Part shown: one piece after another, positions 50,626-60,346 of the stretch
How positions within the stretch are numbered: position 1 is the stretch's first letter
Layout: every line of letters starts with the position of its first letter
NCBI GenBank assembly: GCA_965222225.1
Contig: CBDCTK010000002.1
Coordinates: forward strand, 5,248,001-5,312,000
Origin: Candidatus Poribacteria bacterium
Lineage (GTDB): Bacteria; Poribacteria; WGA-4E; JAJDTR01
Direction of reading: 5' to 3'
DNA length: 64,000 nt
Notes under the pieces: generated by a model
Seen by the model: the letters and a program-made list of their open reading frames with translations, nothing else
Told to the model about the DNA's origin: nothing
Database searches by the model: none
Translations under genes and position numbers: made by a program

Positions 50626-50853
50626 TCATTCATCAACTGTGTTAACTCCAAGTTGATTTAGGGCTTCCTTCAAAAGAAGATTTTTCAGTCCATCGGACCC
50701 GTACGTTCTATCGAAAAACTACACCGCGTCCTTGTTTTCGTCCAATCCTCTGCCACTCAACACTTCCCACAGATCCGCCGCAAAGACCTCTTGGGTGAGT
50801 CTTCCTTCTAAAATATCACTGTGCGGCACAGCAATTGTGTGGAAGGGATTCAT
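50626..50853 (-). pseudogene. DUF499-family AAA+ ATPase remnant (N-terminus joined to a probable C-terminal tail, in-frame TAG at 50719-50721)
   Basis: MNPFHTIAVPHSDILEGRLTQEVFAADLWEV...*FFDRTY..GLKNLL|KEALNQLGV; ATG overlaps the corrected HepT stop (ATGA). Confidence 0.75.
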
Positions 50854-51196
50854 TTGCGTAGCCCCTTAATCATCTGTTCAATCTTCAGCTTCAGAGCCGG
50901 CATATCTGATTGCACGATTTCCCAAACAATCTCAATATTGTGACATCGAAATATCCGTGAATGAGAATGTCTCTTAAGCCGGCAATTTTTCGCCACTCAA
51001 CACTTGGATACTCCTCTCGAAGGGACTCAGGCACCTGTTTGACAGCTTCACCAATGACTTCAATGTTTTGGATAATCGCGTCAAATCGCATCCGATCAGA
51101 TTCAAACTCCGTGCGAGTGATTCCCTGCATGTACGCTTGAATTCGATTGATTGCTTCTAAAACATCTTCAAGGTAAATCTCATAGTTTCGCGACAT
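50850..51196 (-). pseudogene. HepT-like (DUF86) HEPN RNase toxin with a 2-bp insertion near 50940
   Basis: [21 protein letters not shown] (RX4HXY); removing CA restores [17 protein letters not shown]...K* ending at 50850. Confidence 0.85.
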
Positions 51197-51503
51197 ATTC
51201 GACTTCTTTTTCGATGTGCGGTCTCAAACCCGGTTTGACAGAATTGGAAATCACCAGGTCAATCTTTTTTTCAAACAAATCTTCAAGGAATATACGTAGC
51301 CCCATGTAATTATCGAATGACAGTTTCTTAAATTCTACGAGCAGGTCAATGTCACTGTCCTCGCGGGCCGCACCATTGACATAAGAACCGAAGAGTCCAA
51401 GCCATTTCACACTGTATTCTTTCAGTGTACCTTGGTGCTTAAGAAGCGTCTGTTCAATTTCGTTTTTGGATAAGATGCTTGGCTTTATCTTTTCCGTTTC
51501 CAT
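51180..51503 (-). CDS. Minimal nucleotidyltransferase (MntA-type antitoxin)
   Basis: [21 protein letters not shown] (GSX10DXD); overlaps the HEPN gene. Confidence 0.9.
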   Translation of the reverse strand: METEKIKPSILSKNEIEQTLLKHQGTLKEYSVKWLGLFGSYVNGAAREDSDIDLLVEFKKLSFDNYMGLRIFLEDLFEKKIDLVISNSVKPGLRPHIEKEVEYVAKL

Positions 51504-51589
51504 CTCTGCTTTTCCGCGATTCTACCAGCCTAGCCTTCTTGCGCGTTGAGATAGTCAAATCTCCTCCACGGCGCGAGTCTGCGTCTACC

Positions 51590-53875
51590 CTAAGACGATT
51601 CGGTTTCTCCTTCCTCGAAAGCGCTGCGAATCTCTTTGAAAAGTGTAATGGCTTTACGTCGCCTATCGTTGGGTAAATCACTCGCATCCGTCATTTTGCT
51701 AAGCGCTCCGTGCACTCGGATAGCCAACGATTCCTTGGTGATTTCTATACCCTTGTCTTCCATAAATCGCTCGATTCCTTCCCAGATTACGCCTTCACCG
51801 CGTAAAGAAATCTCATTCACATTCGCAAGTGCTAGTTGCTTGCTGTAAGCATCCATAAGATCCTCTGCAAAAAAATCCTCCGAAAAGAGGTCTTCAATAG
51901 CGAAATTACCATTGGTTCCCACGGCGTCACCCAGTAACAGAGATTTGGTTTGATGAGTTTTATAAGGTGCGAGCCATGTTTTAACCAGTTTCACCTGAGC
52001 GCTTCGTCCTTCATCATCAGAATCGAACAAGGCGACCACCTTTAACCCCTGTCCGGTCATAAATGTGGCAATATTAACAGCCGCGAAGGAGCTTCCCCCG
52101 GGCGTGGTGAGTACATCCTCCGGCAAGCCCCCTTTCCCATCTTGTTGCAGCAAGTTAGATAATTTCGTCAGGATTCGATACTCATTGACCCCCTCTACGA
52201 CAAGATTGCGTTGGGCGACCACAAAACACTGTGAAGCGTTTATTCCTAAAGCTGCCTGAAATACGCGTTTTGCTTCTGGAGGGCTCTCGGTAAAGTCAGT
52301 CGTGACAACGGTGCCATTCTTCGTTTCCATCAACACTCGGATTCGGTCCGAATAGTTCAGATCAATCATAAAAGGAAGATGAGTCGTATAGAGAAGCGTA
52401 TTCCCCTCTGCATAGTGGTCAAGCCGGAGAAGTAGGTCTTTTTGGGCATCGGGATGAAGATGAAGTCCGGGTTCGTCAAGGAGAACGACACATCCTTCAA
52501 ACGATCCTTGACTTTCGTGCATCAACATGAGATCGAAGGGAAAAAACCACTGAAATCCTTTCGATCGCTCCTCCAGTCGAATGAGTGCCGGATCGTGATT
52601 GTCTTTTACAAAGGTGAAGAAATGCTGGCCGTCGGCGCGGTACTCAACTTCATATTGACGCTGACGAAGTCGATTCGAAATTTTACTCGTTAGCGTGGCG
52701 GTGCCATCGTCAAGATCGAATTGGCGTTGCTCGACATGGTCCGGATTGCCCTCTTCAAGATTAACCACCTCGTCTAAGCTCGACTTTGTACAAAAGTACA
52801 ATGGTTGGGTTGTACGGAAAGCCATACAACACCAAACCCGTAGGCGGGGCATCTTGCCCCGCCATGCAACACCGAAATTCGAGTGACACCCAACACATTA
52901 TCTGCATGATACTGGAAACCGCTACCGACTTTTTCAATGGTCTGCCAAAAAGCCGAGAGAATCAAAATCTCCTTCGCTTTTCGACAACACTTGATTATCG
53001 CTGCTTGTTATGTCTCTAAAATGTACAAAGTCGAGCTAAGTCGAGACCGGATAACGTAAGGAGAGCCAGAAATGTGTTATCTTCGTCTGTCAAACGATTT
53101 TGGTCGTGGCGAACTTTAATCTCATCCAGTTGAGCCGTGCCGCTAAATGCCCTGTAATCAGACATATAGACAAATGTGGGCAAATGATCTCTAACGTACT
53201 TGTGCGCTTTTGATCGAATGGTAGGCAATTGTTCAAGTGTCTGAACAAACTGCTTAAGGCTTTTACCGTAGCAATTGACGAACTTGCTCTCAATCTGCTT
53301 CAAAGGGGCCTCCGGCGATCGCACTTCGCGCAACAACGACTTGTGCTTCTGTACCAGTTTTGTCAACTCTGTCAATTGTCCCTCATGCGCCAGGCGTCTC
53401 GCGTCTTCAAGGCATTCACCGGCGCGATGTTTAATCGGTCACCGAGCCCTTCTGGAATCTCCGGCAGGGAATAGCAGGCTTTATCGACATCGCCCGGATG
53501 ATGTTCATCCGAGAGAAAATCTTCCTCAAATTCTACAGTTAATTCACCGGCATAATTTCGTGACACCTCCACACAATCCGGAATATCTTCGCACTCCGCC
53601 ATTCGACCGAGATCCGACTTCTCCCGATCTGAGAGTCTAAGCCTTACTCGACAAACCTCCTGTTTTTCGCTTCGCCCTTTTCGATGGGCACGCGGCCACT
53701 CCCGTTCCATCTGGTATGGGTCCGGATTGTACGGGTTGAGCTTATGGAGCGCCTTCAGAAGGGTAGTCTTGCCTGATTCGTTTTTGCCAACAAACACTGT
53801 TAGAGGATTCACCTCAATCCACCCGGAGTCAAGTATTCCTTTGTACATCTTTACACGAAAGGCAATCAAGTCCAT
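51590..53875 (-). pseudogene. OLD-family ABC ATPase + TOPRIM nuclease, disrupted by a frameshift (~53432) and a MITE
   Basis: GKNESGKTT, RSKGFQWF, LLDEPGLHLHP, TTHLPF, VVEG, DSD; removing the MITE restores LSGLDLDEVVNLE. Confidence 0.88.
52779..53035. mobile_element. 257-bp MITE with terminal inverted repeats and target-site duplication
   Basis: CTCGACTTTGTACA / TGTACAAAGTCGAG perfect 14-bp TIR; CTAAG duplicated at 52774-52778 and 53036-53040 (or TAA with a 15-bp TIR); carries a GTAG REP at 52840-52863. Confidence 0.9.
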
Positions 53876-53942
53876 AAAAAAGTTCGAAATCTCCTATCTC
53901 GTTTCTTTAATAACCCATGTTGCTACCTATCCTGTAAATCGG

Positions 53943-54009
53943 GGTCAAGCGACTGAATAAGGAGTGCGATAGTAGATCCTGATAGAGATCCCAGTGCGAT
54001 AGCTAATCC
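53943..54009 (+). repeat. Micro-element with two additional stacked 3' ends
   Basis: ggtcaagcgactgaataaggagtgcgatagtagatcct-gatagagatccc-agtgcgatagctaatcc. Confidence 0.8.
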
Positions 54010-54294
54010 AGCGCGATGAGTTCCCTTCTAACCCGATCCCTGAACGAAATCATGATATAAAAATTGCAATACAACCCTCGAAGGAACGTTTCCCACGATT
54101 TCCGATAGGTGACGACCTGAGCTCGGTACGAGTCATTTTATCATGGCGCCGTAGCGTAAACCAACTCCATCTTGGCTATAAGGTAATCATCTAACGATCG
54201 CAATGGATCTATTCACCATCCGGCCCGGACGCGCGACGAATAGCGCTTCTACGAACCGGCGGCGATGATCGCGCATGAATATCAACCGTGCCCG

Positions 54295-55320
54295 CTACGC
54301 ATTCCCTTTCCGATAAAAATCCTTAAACGCTTTAATGAGCGTGTAAATATCGTCTCTGCTGACATCCAAGTGAATTGTCAGGCGGATTGATGTGCCTCCT
54401 GATATCAGAATGCCTCTATTCTTCATAAATTCTGACAGTGCCGCTGAATCGGAATCGGTAACCCCAATATATACCATGTTCGTCTGCGTAGGCGGGTAAT
54501 TAACGATAACCTCGTCAATTTCATTGAGCCCGTCTGCCAAAAGGGCGGCGTTCACATGATCTTCCTCAAGCCTGTCAACCTGCTTCGTTAGTGCAAAAAT
54601 ACCCGCTGCCGCCAGTATCCCAGCTTGCCTCATACCGCCGCCGAGAACTTTACGCCAGCGGCGTGCCTCCTTTATTACATCGGTCGTCGCGCAGAGCACC
54701 GATCCGACAGGAGCGCCCAACCCCTTTGAAAGACAGAATGAGACGGAATCGAAATTGCACGCGATTTCATTGACGGGAACCCTCTGCTTCACGGCAGCGT
54801 TGAACACGCGAGCGCCGTCAAGATGGAGTTTCAGATTCCGCTCTTGTGTAAACTTTCGCGCCTTGCGAAGATAGTCGAGAGGTAGAGCAATCCCGGCCCG
54901 CGTGTTCTCCAGACACAATAACTTAGTTCGAGCGTAGTGGAAATTGTCGGGTTTGATGGCGTTATCAACCGCGTCCAAATCCAGCGTGCCGTCGGAATCG
55001 AAATCTAGAGGTTGCGGCTGGATGCTGCCCAACACCGCCGCGCCGCCTCCTTCTGCCTTGTAGGTGTGGGCATCCTGTCCGACGACGTATTCATCACCCC
55101 GCTGACAATGTGACATTATCCCCAATAAGTTACTCTGCGTGCCGCTGGTGGCGAATACGGCTGCTTCCATCCCCATGGTTTCCGCCGCGAGTTCCTCCAG
55201 ACGGTTGACCGTTGGATCTTCGCCAAGAACATCATCACCGAGTTCTGCGGCCGCTATCGCCGCGGTCATACCCTCTGTAGGTCTAGTGGCTGTATCACTC
55301 CTCAGATCAATGACTTTCAT
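54295..55320 (-). CDS. ltaE: Low-specificity L-threonine aldolase
   Basis: IDLRSDT.T.PT, GDDV.GEDPT, SGTQSN, CLENT, HLDGAR, CLSKGLGAPVGS, RK.LGGGMRQAG. Confidence 0.95.
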   Translation of the reverse strand: MKVIDLRSDTATRPTEGMTAAIAAAELGDDVLGEDPTVNRLEELAAETMGMEAAVFATSGTQSNLLGIMSHCQRGDEYVVGQDAHTYKAEGGGAAVLGSIQPQPLDFDSDGTLDLDAVDNAIKPDNFHYARTKLLCLENTRAGIALPLDYLRKARKFTQERNLKLHLDGARVFNAAVKQRVPVNEIACNFDSVSFCLSKGLGAPVGSVLCATTDVIKEARRWRKVLGGGMRQAGILAAAGIFALTKQVDRLEEDHVNAALLADGLNEIDEVIVNYPPTQTNMVYIGVTDSDSAALSEFMKNRGILISGGTSIRLTIHLDVSRDDIYTLIKAFKDFYRKGNA

Positions 55321-55490
55321 GATTTTCCTCAATGGTGTAGAACTTTGGCAATTGACGGTGCAAAGCCTGGTCGTTTGGAAATTCAACGCGAAGAACACAT
55401 CAATCGCTGCAGATCTTAATTATACCATTTCGCTTGAATAACAGTGCATATGATGCCTAAATTATATCATTCACTTTCTCCGTAAGCGGG

Positions 55491-55989
55491 GATCAAGCGA
55501 GCGATTAAGTGAGTGGACAATGAACGATCAAACGACTGAAAAAGGAGTGCGATAGTAGACCCTGATAGAGATCCTTTATGGAGTACGATAGTAAATCCCA
55601 CAAAGGACATGAATAGTGACTGCGATGGAGATTCCATAGAAACACCGTTAGGCATGTCTTCTGTAGGGGCGATCTCGCAATCGCGACCTTCCCCGCTCCA
55701 GCGGAAATCAGGGGATTGTCAATCGCACCTTGAGATACTAGCGCGACGGCCTCATCACAGTGTTCTGAGAATCACGATGAGGTCTTCGTGTCTTGCACTC
55801 CCGGAGGAGTGCTATGTTAGTAGAAAGTAGGCCTTCCCTTCTCGCGCTCCAGCGGAGCGGCATGTATATCCTTCGATTGGCGAGCACGCAGGTTCGGTGT
55901 AATTGCTCCAACGATTCTCGGCTATGGGGGATCAATCGAGCGGTAAGTGACCGATCAACTGAGCGAACAGCGAAGGCGATAGAGATCCT
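55491..55989 (+). repeat. Repeat-dense spacer: nested micro-elements (55491-55643, 55930-55989), GTAG REP at 55663, hairpin pair at 55796-55868
   Basis: Direct reading of the sequence. Confidence 0.8.
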
Positions 55990-56133
55990 ATTCAGACAAT
56001 TACCGAAATACCCCTGCCTTATACCTCATTCTTTTAGGGAATAGACCACCAAGTTAAGAATTTTGCGACGGAAATCCCACCAATACTTGACGAACTCTCT
56101 TAAATTAATCCCTATGCCAACAATATTACCCCT

Positions 56134-57087
56134 CTATCTCTTTTTAATCAGCTTCTGGAACGACCGAAGTTCACGAGGTGGATCCATTTGACTTCCGTAG
56201 TCGCTCCAAGAAACCTCCGCAACGTAAATATCACCCTTCGAGTCAACTGCGATTCCGTGCGGCGAATAAAACCGTCCGGGTTCATCACCGTAAGATTGGT
56301 CGCTCAATTGTGACAAAATATTGCCCTTGAGATCCATGATGGTTACGCGAGGACCTAGGTTGGTGCCGATACGATTACTGCCAATTCCGCAGAAGTATTC
56401 TCCAACGTAAATCAGCGGTTCATCCTTCATGTCAATACAGATGCACGCCGCGCGCGACAAATTTACCCACTGCGTTTCGTATTTGCCGTTTGGGTCGAAC
56501 ACCTGTATTCGGTGATTCTCGCGATCCGCGATGTAGACCCAGCCGTCCTTGTCTACGACGATGTTGTGAACGATATTGAATTGTCCCGGCCCCGTGCCAG
56601 ATTCTCCCCAAGAAAACAGGTGTTTTCCATCCGGCGAAAATTTGTGCACCCGCGCATTCGCGTAACCGTCCGCGACATACAAACCCCCGTCGCGTGGATC
56701 AACTGCACTGTGCGTCGGCAAGTTAAACGGAATACCGCCCATTGCCGGTGAAGGCTTGTTCGCTTCTCCCAAGGTTAACAGCAGTTTTCCGTCGGGAGTA
56801 AACTTGCGAACCGTATGATCGCCATTGTCAACACAGTAGACCATGGCATCAGGTCCAATGGTTACCCCATGCGGATTTCCGAATATACCGTCGCCCCACG
56901 TCCGGAGGACATTCCCGTCAGGGTCTAGTACGACCATTGGGTGAGTGCCGCGATTGAAGACGTAAACGTTGTCTTTTTCGTCCACGGCGACAGCGGTAGC
57001 TTCTTTGTAGGTCCAGTTCTCTGGAAGATTGCCCCAATCCTCCCCGGACGTTTCATAGCCATAATCTTCGTTGCCTAGAGTAACCAT
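56134..57087 (-). CDS. NHL-repeat protein (peptidyl-alpha-hydroxyglycine alpha-amidating lyase-like)
   Basis: VAVD..DNVYVFNRG.HP, PHG, FNLPT, DGYANARVHKF, DRENHRIQVFD. Confidence 0.9.
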   Translation of the reverse strand: MVTLGNEDYGYETSGEDWGNLPENWTYKEATAVAVDEKDNVYVFNRGTHPMVVLDPDGNVLRTWGDGIFGNPHGVTIGPDAMVYCVDNGDHTVRKFTPDGKLLLTLGEANKPSPAMGGIPFNLPTHSAVDPRDGGLYVADGYANARVHKFSPDGKHLFSWGESGTGPGQFNIVHNIVVDKDGWVYIADRENHRIQVFDPNGKYETQWVNLSRAACICIDMKDEPLIYVGEYFCGIGSNRIGTNLGPRVTIMDLKGNILSQLSDQSYGDEPGRFYSPHGIAVDSKGDIYVAEVSWSDYGSQMDPPRELRSFQKLIKKR

Positions 57088-57159
57088 ATCTTTCCTCAAC
57101 TTTAAGATGTTCTATTGATCCCCATCTCGTATTGTGGACGGGGCTCAAGATGCGTTCAA

Positions 57160-57999
57160 TCAACCCGTTGCCGGGTGAGTGAGACCGAGAGTCTGACGCG
57201 CCTCGTCGGGCGTTGCGACTTCACGCTGCAACTGCTCCACCAAATTGGCGGCGACTTCAACCATCTCAGCATTGCTTTTGAGCAGTACCCCGCGACGCAG
57301 ATAGATGTTGTCCTCAAACCCGACGCGGATGTGACCGCCCAATAGGATACCCATCGTAATCATCGGCAACTGCGTTCGGCCAACCCCCAAAACGGACCAT
57401 TGTGCTTTTGGTGGCAACTGTTTTACCATAGCCAGTAGATGCTCCGGCGTGGCTTCAATCCCCCACCCGGCGCCCATGCACAGTTGGATAAATAACGGTT
57501 CATCAAACAATCCCTCATCAATCAACTGCTGCGCTTGCGCCATGTGACCCATATCAAACACTTCGATTTCGGGTTTGACGCCGTATTCCCGCATCCGCTT
57601 TGCCGCGGCGCGTCCCCACTCCGGCGGATTGAGAAACACGCCATCCCCAAAGTTCATTGACCCCACATCAAGTGAACACAACTCGGGTTTTAAGGTCACC
57701 GGCTCAAGGCGTTCTTCGATGATGTTTTTGCCCGGTATATTTCCGCCGCTCGTCGTGAGGTTGATTGCAATATCGCACCCCTCCCGAATTCGGTCGACCA
57801 CCTCTTTGAAGAGTTCAATCCTTGAGCACACGATGCCGGTCTCGGGATCACGAACATGGATGTGAGTAATCGCCGCCCCCGCTTTGCAACATTCGATGGC
57901 TGCCTCTGCGATCTCCTTTGGGGTGTACGGCACAGCCGGATTCTTGTCCTTCATGGGGCCTGAGCCGCACACTGCCACCGAGATAATAGTCTTCTCCAT
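57160..57999 (-). CDS. 3-keto-5-aminohexanoate cleavage (BKACE, DUF849) family enzyme
   Basis: [43 protein letters not shown]. Confidence 0.93.
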   Translation of the reverse strand: MEKTIISVAVCGSGPMKDKNPAVPYTPKEIAEAAIECCKAGAAITHIHVRDPETGIVCSRIELFKEVVDRIREGCDIAINLTTSGGNIPGKNIIEERLEPVTLKPELCSLDVGSMNFGDGVFLNPPEWGRAAAKRMREYGVKPEIEVFDMGHMAQAQQLIDEGLFDEPLFIQLCMGAGWGIEATPEHLLAMVKQLPPKAQWSVLGVGRTQLPMITMGILLGGHIRVGFEDNIYLRRGVLLKSNAEMVEVAANLVEQLQREVATPDEARQTLGLTHPATG

Positions 58000-58229
58000 A
58001 ATCTCTCACTTCCAATCAGATTGCAAAGATGGCCGAAGTCTACCCAAGCATCCACCGCACCGCCGGTGCTAAAGGCATAGGTTGCTTCCGATACTATACA
58101 CCTGACGCACCGCTAGAACCAAAGAGAGGGTATCCCCCAATCTTCCATCTTCCCAGTCTTCCACCCTTGCCCCGCCTTGGAAAGATTTGATTGACGCTAT
58201 TTATACACTGCAAATATAGAGAAATGGTA

Positions 58230-59081
58230 TTAATTCTTGACCATTCCGCCGTCAACATTCAAAGTTTGGCCCGTGATGTTCATCGCATCTTCGGAGACCA
58301 GAAACGTCACAGCGCGTCCGAGATCTTCTGCCATCTGCTCCCGTCGCATAGGAGTCGCACGGAACATGTCGGGGTATTTACCGTGGGCAATACCGACGAA
58401 CCATTCTCTGGAGTCTTGCCCCTGAAATTCTGGAATGTTCTCCACCATCCGTTTTGAGATGCCTTTCCACGCATCCGTATATACGATGCCGGGGCAAACG
58501 CAATTCACGTTGATGTTATGTGGTCCTAGTCGTTCCGCGAGCGTCTGGGTGTAGCTAATCAAACCCGCCTTCACCGCACAGTAGGCTGGCGGGACGAAAC
58601 GCTCCATGTTCTTGGCTGATGGCGTAAACCGACCAGCTATCGACGAGACGTTCACAATCTTCCCGCTGTTTTGTTCTATAAAATGTGGTGCGACAGCTTC
58701 ACACATCAGAACCGATGCCCTGAGGTTCTGTTCGTAGGTGCCATCCCACAGCGCTTCAACATTTGCGAGCGGTCCCGAGCCGACCACTTTTGGCGTTGCG
58801 CGTCCGCCGCCCACATTGTTAACAACGATGTCAATCTTGCCGCACGCGTCAAGCGTTTTCTGAACCACACGCAAGATTGTATCCGCTGTCGTAATGTCGC
58901 CCGGCATGGCAACGGCTTTGCGGCCGATTGCCCGCACCGCATCGGCAGTGCTGTTTGTTGTTTCTTCGCGGAAGGAACTCACGACGACATCAGCGCCTTC
59001 CTCGGCGAGACAAAGCGCAATGGCGCGGCCAATCCCCCGTCCCGCAGCGGTTACGATAGCTACTTTTCCTTCCAATTTCAT
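58230..59081 (-). CDS. SDR family oxidoreductase
   Basis: TAAGRGIG, NNVG, YCAVK, ITGQTLNVDGG. Confidence 0.92.
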   Translation of the reverse strand: MKLEGKVAIVTAAGRGIGRAIALCLAEEGADVVVSSFREETTNSTADAVRAIGRKAVAMPGDITTADTILRVVQKTLDACGKIDIVVNNVGGGRATPKVVGSGPLANVEALWDGTYEQNLRASVLMCEAVAPHFIEQNSGKIVNVSSIAGRFTPSAKNMERFVPPAYCAVKAGLISYTQTLAERLGPHNINVNCVCPGIVYTDAWKGISKRMVENIPEFQGQDSREWFVGIAHGKYPDMFRATPMRREQMAEDLGRAVTFLVSEDAMNITGQTLNVDGGMVKN

Positions 59082-59115
59082 GGCATACCTCTCTCGTTAC
59101 CAATCTTTGCTCGCC

Positions 59116-60234
59116 CTAAGCTGTCCCGGAAGATTCGAACACGACAAGCGATCTTGCCACATTTCCCTTTTCCAACGCGTCGAAACCCGTGTTAATCTCG
59201 GACAGTGGCAAACGCATGCTAATCATTTCGTCAAGTAGCAATCGCCCATCCATATACAGATTTGCCAATCGCGGAAAGTCCACTCGTGGACGGCTCATAC
59301 CGTAAGACGTGCGCACGATTTCACGTTCACCCATCAGGATATGGAACGGCAACGTGACCTCTTCCCCGAAAGGCGTCTTGCCGAGTAGGACAATCCTCGC
59401 GCCGGGGCGTGAGGCTTCGAGTGTCTGTCGAATCGAGATATTCTGACCAGCGGCTTCAATCGCATAATCGGCACCGCGCCCATCGGTTAGCTCGCGTACA
59501 AACGCGACGGGGTCATCTTGTGTAGCATCCACAACATGTGTCGCGCCGAATTTTCGAGCCCATTCCAATTTCAGGGGATTGACATCTACCCCCACGATAA
59601 TTGAGGCGCCGGAGATACGAGCTCCTTGCACGGCACTAAGTCCCACGGCGCCGCAACCACTCACCACGACGCTAGTCTCCGGTTTAATGCGGGCGGCATG
59701 AACGGCGCCCCCATATCCTGTCATAACCGCGCATCCAAGCAATGCCGCCCGGTCCAATGGAAAGTCCTTCCGCAACGGCACCGCTGCCTGCTCCGGGATG
59801 ACGTTATACTCCGCGTGTGACGACACAAGGCTGTAGTAATAGACCGGCTCCCCGTCAAGTGACATGCGCGTTGTCCCGTCGAATAGAACCCCCTTGCCAC
59901 CGGCGGACTTCGCCACCTCGCACAGAATAGGTTGACCGTGATCGCAGTAAAAACAGTGACCACAATTGGGGCTCCATGAACACGCCACGTGGTCGCCGAC
60001 TTTCACCCGCGTAACTCCCGGACCAACGGATTCAACCACACCTGCGCCTTCGTGACCAATTACGGCAGGTAGGTTCACCGGCTGGTAGCCGTGCATGGTC
60101 TCCCAGTCCGTGTGGCAAAGTCCGCTGGCGGCGATTTTCACGCGAACCTCGCCTGGACCCGGATCTGCAATTTCAAGCTCTTCAACTGAGAGCGTGCTAG
60201 GCGTTGAGTGCAGCACGGCGGCTTTCATTTTCAT
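59116..60234 (-). CDS. Zn-dependent alcohol dehydrogenase (class III-like)
   Basis: GLCHTD, GHEGAG, CGHCFYC..C, GCAV.TG.G, GCGAVG. Confidence 0.93.
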   Translation of the reverse strand: MKMKAAVLHSTPSTLSVEELEIADPGPGEVRVKIAASGLCHTDWETMHGYQPVNLPAVIGHEGAGVVESVGPGVTRVKVGDHVACSWSPNCGHCFYCDHGQPILCEVAKSAGGKGVLFDGTTRMSLDGEPVYYYSLVSSHAEYNVIPEQAAVPLRKDFPLDRAALLGCAVMTGYGGAVHAARIKPETSVVVSGCGAVGLSAVQGARISGASIIVGVDVNPLKLEWARKFGATHVVDATQDDPVAFVRELTDGRGADYAIEAAGQNISIRQTLEASRPGARIVLLGKTPFGEEVTLPFHILMGEREIVRTSYGMSRPRVDFPRLANLYMDGRLLLDEMISMRLPLSEINTGFDALEKGNVARSLVVFESSGTA

Positions 60235-60346
60235 GGTGGTCGTTCTCCTTATGTCGAAACGGGTAGCGTTTTGAGGTATTGGAGTTCGCTCACACCTTCA
60301 AATATCCTAATATGCTTCATCTTTCGGTAGCTATGTACCAGACGTA

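Noticed and set aside
52786-52852. N-terminus MPRLRVWCC... of ORF 51590-52852
   Set aside because: It is derived from MITE sequence; the real gene continues from 53036 upward.
54010-54290. Possible gene relic or ncRNA between the defence island and ltaE (also 14700-15050 and 10280-10720)
   Set aside because: The frames inspected by hand gave no recognisable family and no clear structured-RNA motif was seen.
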